From: Acidimicrobiales bacterium
GTDB lineage: Bacteria > Actinomycetota > Acidimicrobiia > Acidimicrobiales > Bog-793
Direction: 5' to 3'
NCBI GenBank assembly: GCA_035532075.1
Contig: DATKRV010000006.1
Span: 5,739 to 69,738, forward strand
DNA: 64,000 nucleotides
The translations under genes were made by a program, and so were the position numbers. Positions 18,547 through 28,570 of this stretch are shown one piece after another; within the stretch, counting starts at the first letter, position 1; every line of letters starts with the position of its first letter. The notes under the pieces are model-generated. The model saw only the letters and a program-made list of their open reading frames with translations, did no database searches and was not told the DNA's origin.

Positions 18547-19259
18547 GCGATCGGGGAGTTGGCGCTAGTCTCGCGAACGTGATCCCGATCGGAGATATCC
18601 ACATCGCGCCATCGATGCTCTCGGCTGACTTTGGACACCTTGTCGAGGCGATCGATCTGATCTCCTCGGAGACCTCGTGGCTACACATCGACGTGATGGA
18701 CGGACACTTCGTCCCCAATCTCACGATCGGCCCACCGGTCGTTGCCTCGCTCCGCCGGCAGTCCTCCCTGTTTTTCGACTGTCATCTGATGATGACCAAC
18801 CCCGAACGCTATCTCGAGGCTTTCGCGCTCGCCGGGGCTGATCTGTGTTCTGTTCACGTCGAGATCGGCAATAGCGCGAAGCTCATCGACCAGATGCGCG
18901 AGCTTGGTCTCGCGGTGGGCCTGGTGCTCAATCCCGATACGCCATTCTCGGCCGCCGAACCATTTCTTGACCGCATCGATCTTTTGTTGGTGATGAGCGT
19001 CTTTCCCGGTTTTGGCGGACAGTCGTTCATGCCCGAGGTACTCGACAAGATCGCTCAGGCACGTGCCGCAGTCGACGCCGGTGCGAACCAGGTGGTGATC
19101 GAGGTCGATGGCGGCATCGACACCACCACCGCTCCGCTTGCTGCGATGGCCGGTGCGCAGGTCTTTGTCGCTGGAAACGCGGTCTTCGGTGCCGAGCACC
19201 CCCGGGCCGCGGTGGCCGCAATCCGCGCTGCGGTGACCGGTGCTCTCGCCAGTCGTTGA
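18543..19259 (+). CDS. rpe: Ribulose-phosphate 3-epimerase
   Basis: HIDVMDGHFVPNLT and MSVFPGFGGQSF motifs; GTGA overlap with fmt. Confidence 0.9.
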   Translation: MSDRGVGASLANVIPIGDIHIAPSMLSADFGHLVEAIDLISSETSWLHIDVMDGHFVPNLTIGPPVVASLRRQSSLFFDCHLMMTNPERYLEAFALAGADLCSVHVEIGNSAKLIDQMRELGLAVGLVLNPDTPFSAAEPFLDRIDLLLVMSVFPGFGGQSFMPEVLDKIAQARAAVDAGANQVVIEVDGGIDTTTAPLAAMAGAQVFVAGNAVFGAEHPRAAVAAIRAAVTGALASR

Positions 19260-19333
19260 ATCTGGGGCACAATAGTGGGATCGTGTGGAGAGGTTCCCCA
19301 CGTCATCGAACCCGGCAGGAGTCTCGTCCCGCG

Positions 19334-20209
19334 ATGCTGCGTCTCGTATTGCCTAAAGGATCTCTCGAGAGGCAGACCCTCGAGCTGTTCTCCTCCGCCG
19401 ATCTTGCTGTAGGACGGAGCTCTGAGGTCGATTATCGCGCGACGATCGATGACCCGCGCATCGACGATGTGCGTATCCTCCGTCCCCAGGAGATTCCGCG
19501 CTATGTGGCAGATGGCCTGTTTGACATCGGCATCACCGGACGCGACTGGATCGAGGAGACCGGAGCAGAGGTAGTCTCGCTCGGTCAGCTGAGGTATTCG
19601 AAGGTGACGAACAATCCGATCCGAGTCGTGCTTGCAGTCGGCGGAGATTCGTCCGTCATGGCTCCCGAAGAGCTTTCCACCGGTGCACGGATCTCGACGG
19701 AGTACCCCAACCTCACCGACCGCTATCTGGCCGCGCACGGCATCGATGCTGAAATCTCGCTCTCATACGGCGCGACCGAGGCAAAGATCCCCGAGATCGC
19801 GGATGCGGTCGTCGAGATCACCGAGACCGGACGTGCCCTGCGTGCCGCCGGACTTCGCATCGTGGCGACGATCCTCGAGTCCTACACCGAACTGATCGCC
19901 AACCCGGCTGCCTTTGCCGATCCGAAGAAGTCCCACGCGATGGGACAGATCCTCACCCTCTTGCATGGCGCACTCGAGGCCCGGACGCGTGTGCTCGTCA
20001 AACTCAATGTCAGCGAGGAGGACCTCGAGCGTGTCATCGCAGTTCTGCCGTCGCTGAAGTCTCCGACCGTCTCGAAGCTGTTCGGCGATGGGGGATATGC
20101 ACTCGAGTCGGTCGTCGAGAAATCCGCGATCAATGTGTTGATTCCGGAGCTGAAAGACCGCGGCGCGACGGACATCCTCGAGATTCCACTGTCAAAGATT
20201 GTCTCCTAG
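19334..20209 (+). CDS. hisG: ATP phosphoribosyltransferase (long form)
   Basis: MLRLVLPKGSLE, DIGITGRDWIEE and ISTEYPNLT motifs, with a C-terminal regulatory domain. Start set at ATG 19334. Confidence 0.9.
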   Translation: MLRLVLPKGSLERQTLELFSSADLAVGRSSEVDYRATIDDPRIDDVRILRPQEIPRYVADGLFDIGITGRDWIEETGAEVVSLGQLRYSKVTNNPIRVVLAVGGDSSVMAPEELSTGARISTEYPNLTDRYLAAHGIDAEISLSYGATEAKIPEIADAVVEITETGRALRAAGLRIVATILESYTELIANPAAFADPKKSHAMGQILTLLHGALEARTRVLVKLNVSEEDLERVIAVLPSLKSPTVSKLFGDGGYALESVVEKSAINVLIPELKDRGATDILEIPLSKIVS

Positions 20210-20490
20210 TGCCGCCCCCCGTCGATCGACCGGAGCGACTCCTGCTCGGGCATGAGTATCTCGGTGCGGTAGCGGAGTTTGATGAATCGACCGGACTTGG
20301 CATCATCACCGTCGAGGACCCAGCTGGGCCAGGCGGTGCGCCGATACTCGGATTCCACTGCACTCAGATCGCGGATGGCTCGCGCTCGATTGTCTCGGGA
20401 ACCAAGGTGCGATTCAAGGTCTCTCCTTCGAACCTCGGCATTCTCGAGGCGCGCGAGATTCGGTCTCGCCCGGGTACCAGCCAGAGCTGA
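20209..20490 (+). CDS. Cold-shock-domain-like small protein
   Basis: GAVAEFDESTGLGIITVED...GFHCTQIADGSRSIVSGTKVRFKV...EAREI follows the CSD pattern G.V..F....G.G.I. The GTG start overlaps the hisG stop by 1 nt. Confidence 0.5.
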   Translation: MPPPVDRPERLLLGHEYLGAVAEFDESTGLGIITVEDPAGPGGAPILGFHCTQIADGSRSIVSGTKVRFKVSPSNLGILEAREIRSRPGTSQS

Positions 20491-20575
20491 CAGGGGGAGC
20501 GCGTTGCGCGTCTCTCGGTGGTCATCGCGGACAGAACGGCCGCAACGCGTGACGCGTGACACGCGACGCGCGCAC

Positions 20576-21046
20576 CTACGCTGGTTCGGAGGAGGTACTT
20601 GCCCCTGGTGTCGCGTGTTCTGGCGAGGCGTGTGCCGCGGAGATCTGGACGAAGGCGAGCCGGACCTGGGCGAGTCCCTCACTAAGCGTCGTCGCGCTCG
20701 GACCGATCCGCTCGCCGAGCCTCTCGACGATTGCCCCGAGGGCATCGATCGCGAGCCGCGCCGCCTCGAGGTGCGGTGGCTCCTGGCCAAGGTGAATCGC
20801 GGCGAGCTGGAAGAGGCCGTAGCAGTGGTTTGCAATCACATCGCCGACGGGCGCGTTGAGGAGCTCCTCCTCGAGACGCTCCATCTCTGCCCGGTATTCG
20901 GCCTCTTGCGCGGGATCGATCGTCCCCTCTGGTCGACCGCTCGGGCGCGTGCTTTCGCGGCTCGGGTCAGAACCCGCTGGGGGGTTGGGGCTGGGGCTGG
21001 CCGGGTTGACCGGACGCTCGCCGTCGGGTGTCCACAGACTGCTCAT
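20576..21046 (-). CDS. DUF1844-like protein
   Basis: VIANHCYGLFQLAAIHLGQEPPHLEAARLAIDALGAIVERLG matches the DUF1844 pattern commonly found near infC in actinobacteria. Start set at MSSLWTPDG. Confidence 0.6.
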   Translation of the reverse strand: MSSLWTPDGERPVNPASPSPNPPAGSDPSRESTRPSGRPEGTIDPAQEAEYRAEMERLEEELLNAPVGDVIANHCYGLFQLAAIHLGQEPPHLEAARLAIDALGAIVERLGERIGPSATTLSEGLAQVRLAFVQISAAHASPEHATPGASTSSEPA

Positions 21047-21256
21047 GCCTGATAGCCTAGGTGAACAATTTATGGGAAAGCGGAGCTGCACGGATGTGCG
21101 ACTCCCACCCGATCACCGGTCTTTCGTGTGTATCGGGTAGTCGGTTCGACCGGGTGGCATCGCGATCCTTTGCTCTCCCACGTCCTCGTCGGGACGTGGC
21201 TGAATCGAGAGGAGTGATGCCAGATCACCACCAGCCCAAGCGCAACTGAGCCGCGG

Positions 21257-21958
21257 ATGAATGAACGTATCCGCGCCCGTGAGGTTCGACTCGTCGATCC
21301 CGACGGGAATCAGCTCGGTATCAAGCTTCTTCCCGAGGCTCTGTCCATCGCCCGTGAGATGGATCTTGATCTTGTTGAAGTTGCACCGCTCGCGAATCCG
21401 CCCGTCTGTCGCATCATGGACTATGGAAAGTTCAAATTTGATGAGGCACAGAGGCTTCGAGAGTCAAGGCGCAAGGGGGCAAGCGGCGGTATCAAGGAGA
21501 TGAAATACCGGCCAAAGATCGGCAATGGTGACTTTGACACCAAGACCCGACAGGTCGGCAAGTTCCTCCAGGATGGCCACAAGGTGAAGATCACCATCAT
21601 GTTCCGTGGCCGCGAGGTCTATCACCCAGAACTTGGTCGCAAGATCCTTGATCGCATCGCCGAAAAGGTCGAGGGCGCGGCCAAGATCGAGTCCGAGGCC
21701 CGTCTCGACGGGCGCAACATGGTGATGGTACTCGCGCCAGACCGCAGGAGTACGAAACAGCTGGCCCCGAAATCAGAGGCGCAGCGTGCCCAGGAGGCAC
21801 AGAGACGGGCGCGCACCGTTGCACCGGTTTTGGCCGAGAGTGGCGAGACAGCCTCGGGACTGGTCGAAGAGACCATGGTGGTCCAGGCGACTGGTTCGGT
21901 TGACGAGATTGATCAAGGTACGACCCCTGCGAATGTCGCCGGGGAAGGGAAGGACTGA
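21257..21958 (+). CDS. infC: Translation initiation factor IF-3
   Basis: NERIRAREVRLVDPDGNQLGI, LDLVEVAPLANPPVCRIMDYGKFKF and FRGREVYHPELG motifs, with a ~60-aa C-terminal extension. Confidence 0.9.
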   Translation: MNERIRAREVRLVDPDGNQLGIKLLPEALSIAREMDLDLVEVAPLANPPVCRIMDYGKFKFDEAQRLRESRRKGASGGIKEMKYRPKIGNGDFDTKTRQVGKFLQDGHKVKITIMFRGREVYHPELGRKILDRIAEKVEGAAKIESEARLDGRNMVMVLAPDRRSTKQLAPKSEAQRAQEAQRRARTVAPVLAESGETASGLVEETMVVQATGSVDEIDQGTTPANVAGEGKD

Positions 21959-21959
21959 A

Positions 21960-22154
21960 ATGCCGAAGATGAAGACACACCGCGGCGCTGCCGCGAGATT
22001 CAAGCTCACGGGGACGGGCAGGCTCCGTCGCCGACAACAGAACCGCGGTCACCTGATGGAGCACAAGAGTTCTGTGCGCGCACGTCGTCTTGGACGCGAG
22101 GTGGATGTCGCGAAGGTCGATGCGCCAAGGATTCGCCGACTGCTCGGCCTGTAG
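21960..22154 (+). CDS. rpmI: 50S ribosomal protein L35
   Basis: MPKMKTHRGAAARFKLTGTG; internal ATG of the track ORF 21786-22154. Confidence 0.9.
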   Translation: MPKMKTHRGAAARFKLTGTGRLRRRQQNRGHLMEHKSSVRARRLGREVDVAKVDAPRIRRLLGL

Positions 22155-22248
22155 TCCTTTTCGGAGAGTCGCGGTCCAGCCCTGACTCTCCGGTGTTCGA
22201 AACACGATGGTCTGATGAAACACAATGTTGTGATGAAAGGAGCACCCC

Positions 22249-22623
22249 ATGGCGAGGGTCAAACGCTCAGTCGCGAGCAAGAAGCACCGCCGGGTCGTAC
22301 TTGAGCGCGCACAGGGCTACTACGGAAACAAGTCGCGTTCGTTCAGGTCCGCGAACGAGCAGGTCATGCACTCGCTGCAGTATGCATACCGCGATCGCCG
22401 CGCGCGCAAGGGCGATTTCCGCAGGCTGTGGATCCAGCGGATCAACGCCGCGGCGCGCATCGAGGGCGTCAGCTATTCGAGGTTCATCGCCGGGCTCCAC
22501 GCGGCCGATGTGAACATCGACCGCAAGATCCTTGCCGACCTCGCAGTGCGCGACCCACAGGCCTTCGCGAAGCTCGTCGATGTCGCCAAAGAGGCGCTCG
22601 CAACCAAAGAGGCTGCCTCCTGA
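22249..22623 (+). CDS. rplT: 50S ribosomal protein L20
   Basis: [30 protein letters not shown]...QRINAAAR. Confidence 0.95.
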   Translation: MARVKRSVASKKHRRVVLERAQGYYGNKSRSFRSANEQVMHSLQYAYRDRRARKGDFRRLWIQRINAAARIEGVSYSRFIAGLHAADVNIDRKILADLAVRDPQAFAKLVDVAKEALATKEAAS

Positions 22624-22655
22624 TCGAGGGCTCGCTCGGAGCGCGTCACCAACGC

Positions 22656-23447
22656 GTGACACGACTTCGGCGACTCTCGTCGAAACGTAGCCAGCGCGAC
22701 CAGGGTCGCGTGTTTGTCGCGGAGGGCGCGAAAGTTGTCGAGGCTGCACTTCACGCGGGAGCGGTGATCGAGGCGATTTACTGCGACCCGGGCTCGCCCG
22801 GTCTCGTCGCGCTCGAACCGCTGATCGAGTCGGCACGCGCACACGGTGTACGAATCTTTGGCCTCGAGGCCGGTGTGCTCGAACGGGTCTCGGACACGGT
22901 GACGCCACAGCCGATCCTCGCGGTGGTCAATTTCATCGACCGCCCGCTCGAGACGATCGTTCGCGGCGTCGTACTCGTCCTCGTCGATGTTCGAGATCCT
23001 GGAAATATCGGCTCGATCCTGCGCTCCGCGGATGCTGCGGGAGTCGACGCGGTGATTCTGTGTGATGGTTGCGGTGACCTGTACAATCCAAAGACCGTGC
23101 GTGCCAGCGCGGGATCGCTGTTTCACCTGCCGGTCGTACGCGGCGGCGACCCGGAGTCGGTGCTCGGCGCGCTTGAAGGGATCGGATTCGCGACCTGCGC
23201 GACGCTCGCACGAGAGGCCGAGGACTACGCCATCGCTGAGCTGTTGTCCCCACTCGCGCTTGTCTTTGGCAACGAGGCGAGGGGTCTCGATGCGAAAATT
23301 GCCAGTCGCTGCAGCCGCGCGGTCTCCGTTCCGATCGCGGGTGGCGCAGAGTCGCTCAATGTCGCGATGGCGGCGACGGTCATCGCCTTTGAACTTGCGC
23401 GTCGTCGCCGTCATGGTGGACGAGAAGCGCTTAGCATGAATGTGTGA
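22656..23447 (+). CDS. TrmH/SpoU-family RNA 2'-O-methyltransferase (start uncertain: GTG 22656 or CTG 22620)
   Basis: SPOUT motifs GNIGSILRSADAAGVDAVIL, LVFGNEARGL and IPIAGGAESLNVAMAATV. The track start at 22428 lies inside rplT. Confidence 0.8.
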   Translation: MTRLRRLSSKRSQRDQGRVFVAEGAKVVEAALHAGAVIEAIYCDPGSPGLVALEPLIESARAHGVRIFGLEAGVLERVSDTVTPQPILAVVNFIDRPLETIVRGVVLVLVDVRDPGNIGSILRSADAAGVDAVILCDGCGDLYNPKTVRASAGSLFHLPVVRGGDPESVLGALEGIGFATCATLAREAEDYAIAELLSPLALVFGNEARGLDAKIASRCSRAVSVPIAGGAESLNVAMAATVIAFELARRRRHGGREALSMNV

Positions 23448-24502
23448 GCGAGGCGAATGTGGAACCATCCGTGATCGACAGGGCGCGTGCATTTGTCATT
23501 TTGACGCTGCCCGAGATAGCAGCCAGCCCGAGCATCGCCGACCTCGATGAACTCGAGGCGCGCTCTGTTGGAAGGCGCGCTCCGTTTGTCGAATGGAAGC
23601 GCTCACTCGGCTCCCTCGCCCTCGAGCAGCGTCCGAGCGCGGGCCAGGCGCTGAACGAGGGCCTTTTCGAACTCGGCGAGGCGATTCGTCTGCGCCGCGA
23701 GGAGCTCAGCCGCATCGAACGCCTTCACGCGCTCGATGCTGACCGGCTCGATCTCGGTGAGGTGACTGCCAGATGGACTCCGGGACATCTGCATCTCGTC
23801 ACCCAGGTACGCGAGGAGCTCGAGGAGGTCTTCCTCGGCATGGGCTACGAGATCGCCGAGGGTCCTGAGATCGAGACCGATTGGTACAACTTCAGTGCAC
23901 TCAACATGCCCAAGCATCACAGCGCGCGTTCGATCCAGGACAGCTTCTATCTGCGGGTCGGCGATGGCGAATCATGGCTGTTGCGTTCGCAGACCTCGCC
24001 GGTGCAGATCCGTCTGCTCGAACGCGGCGTACTTCCGCTCTACGCGATCGCGCCTGGGCGCGTCTACCGTCGCGACACCGCGGACTCGCGCCACCTGCCG
24101 GTCTTTCACCAGATCGAGGGCATCGTCGTTGACAAAGGTGTGAATTTCGGCGATCTCAAGGGTACTATCGACACCTTCGTCGGGGCGATCTTCGGCGAGC
24201 AGGTCTCGGCACGTCTGCGACCGGCCTACTTTCCGTTCACCGAACCCTCCGCCGAGTTCGAGATCACCTGCGCGATCTGTGCGGGCGAGGGGTGCCGGAC
24301 CTGCTCGCAGACCGGGTGGATCGAACTTGGTGGCTGTGGGATGGTGCATCCGGCTGTCTTCGAGGCAACCGGGGTCGATCCGGAGGAGTACTCGGGATTC
24401 GCATTCGGATTTGGGATCGACCGCCTCGCGATTATGCGCCACGGAATCGAGGACATCCGCAGTTTCTTGGAGAACGATGTCCGGTTCCTCAGACAGTTTT
24501 AG
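23444..24502 (+). CDS. pheS: Phenylalanine--tRNA ligase alpha subunit
   Basis: Class II motifs FPFTEPSAEFE and GCGMVHP; GTG start. Confidence 0.95.
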   Translation: MSEANVEPSVIDRARAFVILTLPEIAASPSIADLDELEARSVGRRAPFVEWKRSLGSLALEQRPSAGQALNEGLFELGEAIRLRREELSRIERLHALDADRLDLGEVTARWTPGHLHLVTQVREELEEVFLGMGYEIAEGPEIETDWYNFSALNMPKHHSARSIQDSFYLRVGDGESWLLRSQTSPVQIRLLERGVLPLYAIAPGRVYRRDTADSRHLPVFHQIEGIVVDKGVNFGDLKGTIDTFVGAIFGEQVSARLRPAYFPFTEPSAEFEITCAICAGEGCRTCSQTGWIELGGCGMVHPAVFEATGVDPEEYSGFAFGFGIDRLAIMRHGIEDIRSFLENDVRFLRQF

Positions 24503-24539
24503 TCAACGGTATTCCCATGCGCCTGGCAAAGGAGTCTGA

Positions 24540-27017
24540 GTGCGCGTCCCGCTGAGTTGGTTGAAAGAGTACGTGGATATCGACACCGATCCGGCGGATC
24601 GCGCCTCGGTTCGCAAGCTTGCGGGAGTACTCGATCGTCTCGGCCTCGTTGTCGAGGGGATCGAGCACGTCGGCGACGGACTCGAGGGCGTCGTCCTCGC
24701 GCGCGTCGTTGAGATCCAAAAGATCGAGGGTGCGGACAAGATCAGGCTCGCGGTGGTTGACGCCGGAGGAGGGGACCGCGTCGAGGTGGTCTGTGGCGCG
24801 TGGAACTACGGCATCGGCGACATTGTGCCCTTCGCCCCTGTCGGGGTGACCCTGCCGAACGAGATGGAGATCCGCTCGCGCAAGATGCGTGGCGTGACAT
24901 CGAACGGAATGTTGTGCAGCCCAAGCGAGCTCGGACTTGCGGACGAACATGAGGGTCTCCTCGTCCTCGCGAGAACTGGCTCGGCCTTTGGCGATCTCCC
25001 CGCAAGGATCGAGCTCGGTGGTGAGATCGCCGACTTTCTCGGCATTGTCGTCGATGTGGTGTTCGATCTCTCGATCGAGCCCAACCGCCCCGACGCGCTC
25101 TCGATCGTCGGGGTCGCGCGTGATCTCGGTGCCGCGCTCGGATGTGGCTTTACGTCACCGGTACCGAGCGTCATCGAAGAGGGAGGGCCGGTCGCGCGCC
25201 TCGCCTCGGTCACGGTGCTCTCCGACGACCTGTGCCCGCGCCTTGTCGCGCGCGTCATCTCTGGAGTCGCGCCGATTGACTCGCCAAGAGAGGTTGCCCG
25301 GCGTCTCTCGCTCGCCGGGATGCGACCGATCAACGCCGTCGTCGACGCCTCGAACTACGTGATGCTCGAACTCGGCCAGCCGACCCATCCCTATGATCTC
25401 GACCAGCTTTCGGGCCGTGGTCTGCGGGTGCGGCGTGCGGCCAAAGGTGAACGGCTTGTCACGCTCGACGGCATTGCGCGCACGTTCGGCGATACGGACT
25501 TCGACGATCTACTGATCTGTGATGCGAGCGATCGGCCGGTTGGTCTGGCGGGAGTCATGGGTGGCCGCTCGAGCGAGATCAGCGATGCGACGCGCGAGGT
25601 GCTGCTTGAGGTTGCCTCCTTCTCCCCGCTCGCGATCGGGCGCACCTCGGACGCCCAGGGACTTCGCTCCGAGGCCTCGACGCGGTTCTGGCGTGGTATA
25701 GATGAAGAGGGTCTCGATCTCGCCGCAGATCGTTTCTGCGAACTTGTGCGCGAGGCGCACATCGCCGCCGGAGTCGCGCCACCGGTGGTTGCGACCGGGC
25801 GACTCGAGAGCGCGCCGGCGCCAGATGAGCGACGGCGATTGCGATTGCGAGTGACGCGCGTCAATGACTATCTCGGAACGTCAATTGGGGTGGACAAGAT
25901 GACGCAACTCCTTGCGCCGCTTGGGTTCAAGGTAACCGAGGTCGCTGGCGACCTTGAGGTCGAGATTCCCGGTTTTCGTCGCGATGTGACGCGTGAGGTC
26001 GACCTGATCGAGGAGGTGGCGCGACTCTTTGGCTATGACAACATTCCCGAGCGTTCGAGACGCTCCCCGTTCGTCGGTCGCAGGGGTCCGCTTCAAGAGC
26101 TGCGCCGCGCACTTCGCCGGCAGCTGACCGCGGCCGGTGCGCATGAGGCGTGGACGAGTTCGATCGTCGACCCCGCGCTCGAGCGGATGATCGGGTCGAA
26201 GGTCGTTCATGTGGAGCTCTCCAATCCGATTGTCGCCAATGAGAGTGCGCTGCGCTCACATTTGCTCGCGGGACTCCTCGGCGCGATCAGGCAGAACGAG
26301 TCGCATCGCAACGCGCAGCTGCGACTGTTTGAGATCGGCAACGTCTTTTTCATGCCGGTCGCCGGTGAAGAGCGTCCGATCGAGAGAGAGCTCGTCGCGG
26401 TGATCTTTGCGATGGATGGAGATGACGCGACCACCTCATACGCGTGCTGGCGCGCACTTGTCGAGGGTCTCTCGCTCGAACCCGGTCAGTTCACGATCGA
26501 ACAGGCCTCTCCTGGAGAGCGTCTCGAGGAGAACTGGCTGAGCATTGGAGCACATCCGACTCGATCCGCGCGCATCAGTGCTGCGGGCAATGCGTGCGCG
26601 ATCGTCGGAGAGGTCGATCCGGCGACACAGGAGCAGTTCGGTCTCGCAAGACGTCGCCTCGGGTGGCTGGTCATCGATCTGGTGACGCTGGGTGAGAGTG
26701 TCCGTGTTCCGCTCCAGGCGGATCACGTCAGCCACTTTCCCTCGGCAGATGTCGATCTCGCCTTCGTCCTCCCGGACTCCGTGCGCGCCCTCGTGCTCGA
26801 GCAGGCGATCAGGGATGCAGGAGGTGATCTCGCGGAATCGGTAACGCTCGTCGACGTGTACCGCGGCCGGGGGGTCGAGAGCGGTTCTCGCAGTCTGAGC
26901 TATCGCATCCGCCTGTGTGCAAATGATCGCACGCTGGGTGAATCGGACATTGCCGAGGCACGCTCTGGCATCATCAACCGCGTCGAGGCGGCTCTGCCAG
27001 CAACGCTGCGCGCCTAG
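24540..27017 (+). CDS. pheT: Phenylalanine--tRNA ligase beta subunit
   Basis: MRVPLSWLKEYV, a tRNA-binding domain (ARVVEIQKIEGADKIRL) and B3_4/B5/FDX-ACB-like regions; follows pheS. Confidence 0.95.
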   Translation: MRVPLSWLKEYVDIDTDPADRASVRKLAGVLDRLGLVVEGIEHVGDGLEGVVLARVVEIQKIEGADKIRLAVVDAGGGDRVEVVCGAWNYGIGDIVPFAPVGVTLPNEMEIRSRKMRGVTSNGMLCSPSELGLADEHEGLLVLARTGSAFGDLPARIELGGEIADFLGIVVDVVFDLSIEPNRPDALSIVGVARDLGAALGCGFTSPVPSVIEEGGPVARLASVTVLSDDLCPRLVARVISGVAPIDSPREVARRLSLAGMRPINAVVDASNYVMLELGQPTHPYDLDQLSGRGLRVRRAAKGERLVTLDGIARTFGDTDFDDLLICDASDRPVGLAGVMGGRSSEISDATREVLLEVASFSPLAIGRTSDAQGLRSEASTRFWRGIDEEGLDLAADRFCELVREAHIAAGVAPPVVATGRLESAPAPDERRRLRLRVTRVNDYLGTSIGVDKMTQLLAPLGFKVTEVAGDLEVEIPGFRRDVTREVDLIEEVARLFGYDNIPERSRRSPFVGRRGPLQELRRALRRQLTAAGAHEAWTSSIVDPALERMIGSKVVHVELSNPIVANESALRSHLLAGLLGAIRQNESHRNAQLRLFEIGNVFFMPVAGEERPIERELVAVIFAMDGDDATTSYACWRALVEGLSLEPGQFTIEQASPGERLEENWLSIGAHPTRSARISAAGNACAIVGEVDPATQEQFGLARRRLGWLVIDLVTLGESVRVPLQADHVSHFPSADVDLAFVLPDSVRALVLEQAIRDAGGDLAESVTLVDVYRGRGVESGSRSLSYRIRLCANDRTLGESDIAEARSGIINRVEAALPATLRA

Positions 27018-27029
27018 GGTTTCGCTGCA

Positions 27030-27635
27030 TTGCGACGTCTTGTCCTCGCATCCGGCTCTGCCTCTCGCCTCTCGATTCTTCGCACGGCGGGATTCGATCC
27101 TGAGGTGATTGTCGCCGATGTCAACGAGGATTGCGCAGAGACCGATGCCGGACGGATCGTTGATCTTCTCGCGAGACGAAAGGCGGAATCGGTCGCAGCC
27201 TCGTGTGGCGACGCGTTGGTGATTGGCTGTGACTCGCTGCTTGAGATCGACAATGATGCACTTGGCAAACCGGATTCCATCCAAACCGCGCATCGCAACT
27301 GGCAGCGACTGCGCAATTCGCGCGCCACATTGGTGACCGGTCATTGTCTGATCGATACGCGCACAGAAACGAGCGCGGACGAAGTTGTCAGGACCATCGT
27401 CACCTTTGGTTCACCGACTGAAGCTGAACTTGCAACCTATCTCGACACCGGAGAGTCGCTCAGGTGCGCAGGAGGATTTACCCTCGAGGGAATCGGAGCT
27501 GCTTTCATCGCGCGCGTCGACGGAGACGCACTCAACGTGATGGGATTTTCACCTCCGGCACTGCGTCGCCTGCTCCTCGCACTTGGCGTATCTCTTGAAG
27601 AGCTATGGCCACGAGGAGCTGCTTCACTACGATAG
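27030..27635 (+). CDS. maf: Maf-like nucleoside triphosphate pyrophosphatase
   Basis: LVLASGSASRLSILRTAGF and GKPDS motifs, plus AGGFTLEG. Confidence 0.85.
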   Translation: MRRLVLASGSASRLSILRTAGFDPEVIVADVNEDCAETDAGRIVDLLARRKAESVAASCGDALVIGCDSLLEIDNDALGKPDSIQTAHRNWQRLRNSRATLVTGHCLIDTRTETSADEVVRTIVTFGSPTEAELATYLDTGESLRCAGGFTLEGIGAAFIARVDGDALNVMGFSPPALRRLLLALGVSLEELWPRGAASLR

Positions 27636-27639
27636 GGAG

Positions 27640-28485
27640 ATGCGCGTCATCGGGACCGCGATCATCGGCGCAGTCATCGCCATAGTCATCGCCATAGTTG
27701 GCGTGCTCTCATCTGTCTCGCCAGTGCGCGCTCCGGTCATGCATCTGCGCGTGACGACGACAACCACCCCGGTCGATGTCAATCCGTTCACCTCTGCGCC
27801 ACTCGCGGGTTACCTCAGGGGACGAGTCAATCTGGTCACTGCAGCGGTCTATGACGTGACGAGCGGGAAGACCTACCTCTACAACCCGGGGGTGCACGAA
27901 GTGACTGCCTCGATGGTCAAGATCGACATCCTCGCCGCGCTCTTGCACGAGGTGCAGGGGGAGCATCGCGGACTCAGCGCGATGGAGAGTTTACTTGCCT
28001 CGAAGATGGTCATCGGCTCGAACAACCGGGACGCGACCAAGCTGTGGAACGAGGTCGGCCAGCTTCCGGCGATGACTGCGTTTCATCAGGTGGTTGGATA
28101 CCACCAGACGATCATGAGTTGGTCGTGGGGAGAGATTGAGACAACTCCGCTCGACGAGCTCGCCCTGTTGAAGGTCATCACGCTCCCGAATGCGATCCTC
28201 ACCGATGCCTCGCGCGCTTACGAGGAGAGCCTGATGCAAAGCCCGGGTCTCTCCGAGCGCTTTGGCCTCGGTGATGGTCCGCCGGCGACCGCAACGATCG
28301 GACTCAAGGACGGTTACTTTCCCGAGAAGAAAACGGGCTGGCAGATCAACTCCGCCGGATACGTCCGTTTCAGCAGCCGTTTTTATCTTGCGGCGATCAT
28401 GACCGCGGACAATCCGAACGAGACCTACGGAATCAACACGGTGGACAGTGTGGCAGAGATGATCTGGGGCAGTCTTCGGCCCTAA
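27640..28485 (+). CDS. Membrane-anchored class-A beta-lactamase-like serine hydrolase
   Basis: N-terminal TM helix (VIGTAIIGAVIAIVIAIVGVL), S-x-x-K (TASMVK), SNN in place of SDN, and KDG in place of KTG. ATG 27640 has a GGGAG RBS. Confidence 0.65.
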   Translation: MRVIGTAIIGAVIAIVIAIVGVLSSVSPVRAPVMHLRVTTTTTPVDVNPFTSAPLAGYLRGRVNLVTAAVYDVTSGKTYLYNPGVHEVTASMVKIDILAALLHEVQGEHRGLSAMESLLASKMVIGSNNRDATKLWNEVGQLPAMTAFHQVVGYHQTIMSWSWGEIETTPLDELALLKVITLPNAILTDASRAYEESLMQSPGLSERFGLGDGPPATATIGLKDGYFPEKKTGWQINSAGYVRFSSRFYLAAIMTADNPNETYGINTVDSVAEMIWGSLRP

Positions 28486-28570
28486 CGACATCGTTTGGAC
28501 AGCTCATCGCGTGGAGATCCCAGCTGTGGGTCGGTGCCGAGACAGACAGTTGAACCAGATAGTCGTCGAG

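Noticed and set aside
20500-20575. The inverted repeat CGCGTTGCG/CGCAACGCG and tandem ACGCGTG x2 between the CSD-like gene and the DUF1844 gene, considered as a bidirectional terminator
   Set aside because: The loop is about 33 nt and there is no U-tract on either strand. Short GC-rich palindromes like this are common by chance here.
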